Shown one piece after another: positions 63,958 through 64,000 of a stretch of DNA of 64,000 nt. The DNA is from Octopus bimaculoides. Lineage: Eukaryota. Positions within the stretch are counted from its first letter, which is position 1; each line of letters starts with the position of its first letter. The stretch covers positions 21,306,127 through 21,370,126 of the forward strand of contig NC_068982.1 of assembly GCF_001194135.2 (NCBI RefSeq). The letters are read 5' to 3'. A program made the translations under genes and the position numbers. The notes beneath the pieces were generated by a model that was not told the DNA's origin, did not search any database, and saw nothing but the letters and a program-made list of their open reading frames with translations.

Positions 63958-64000
63958 GGGAGAATATACAAATAATAACAACAGACGAGGACAGGTGGTG
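63958..64000 (-). mobile_element. End of a third Penelope-like terminal repeat copy (cut by window edge)
   Basis: The reverse complement CACCACCTGTCCTCGTCTGTTG..TATTCTCCC|ATATAT matches the end of 24860-25045. Confidence 0.65.

Overview
Eukaryotic, AT-rich, repeat-dominated draft-assembly sequence with about 20 N-gaps (roughly 8 kb), almost all flanked by dinucleotide microsatellites. The tRNA-derived SINE families and the (TA)n/(CA)n/(GATA)n load are typical of an Octopus (coleoid cephalopod) genome. That assignment rests on repeat recognition, not a database search. I could not identify any host protein-coding gene, tRNA, rRNA or CRISPR array with confidence, so the window looks intergenic or deep intronic, and most of the ORF track is microsatellite or gap artefact. 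All recognisable coding sequence is transposon-derived: a Tc1 (DD34E) and a mariner (DD34D) transposase pseudogene, an RTE LINE 3' fragment ending in three C2H2 fingers, two CR1 LINE remnants (one lacking the RT core) and a Penelope-like GIY-YIG remnant with hammerhead-like repeats. There are also a mariner MITE, a hAT end and about 20 SINE copies from four families. The most interesting item is a 417-bp fold-back element (51774-52190). It has 169-bp inverted arms enclosing a type-I hammerhead-ribozyme-like core, and its arm mismatches are strongly biased toward G-U wobble pairs on the same strand as that core.
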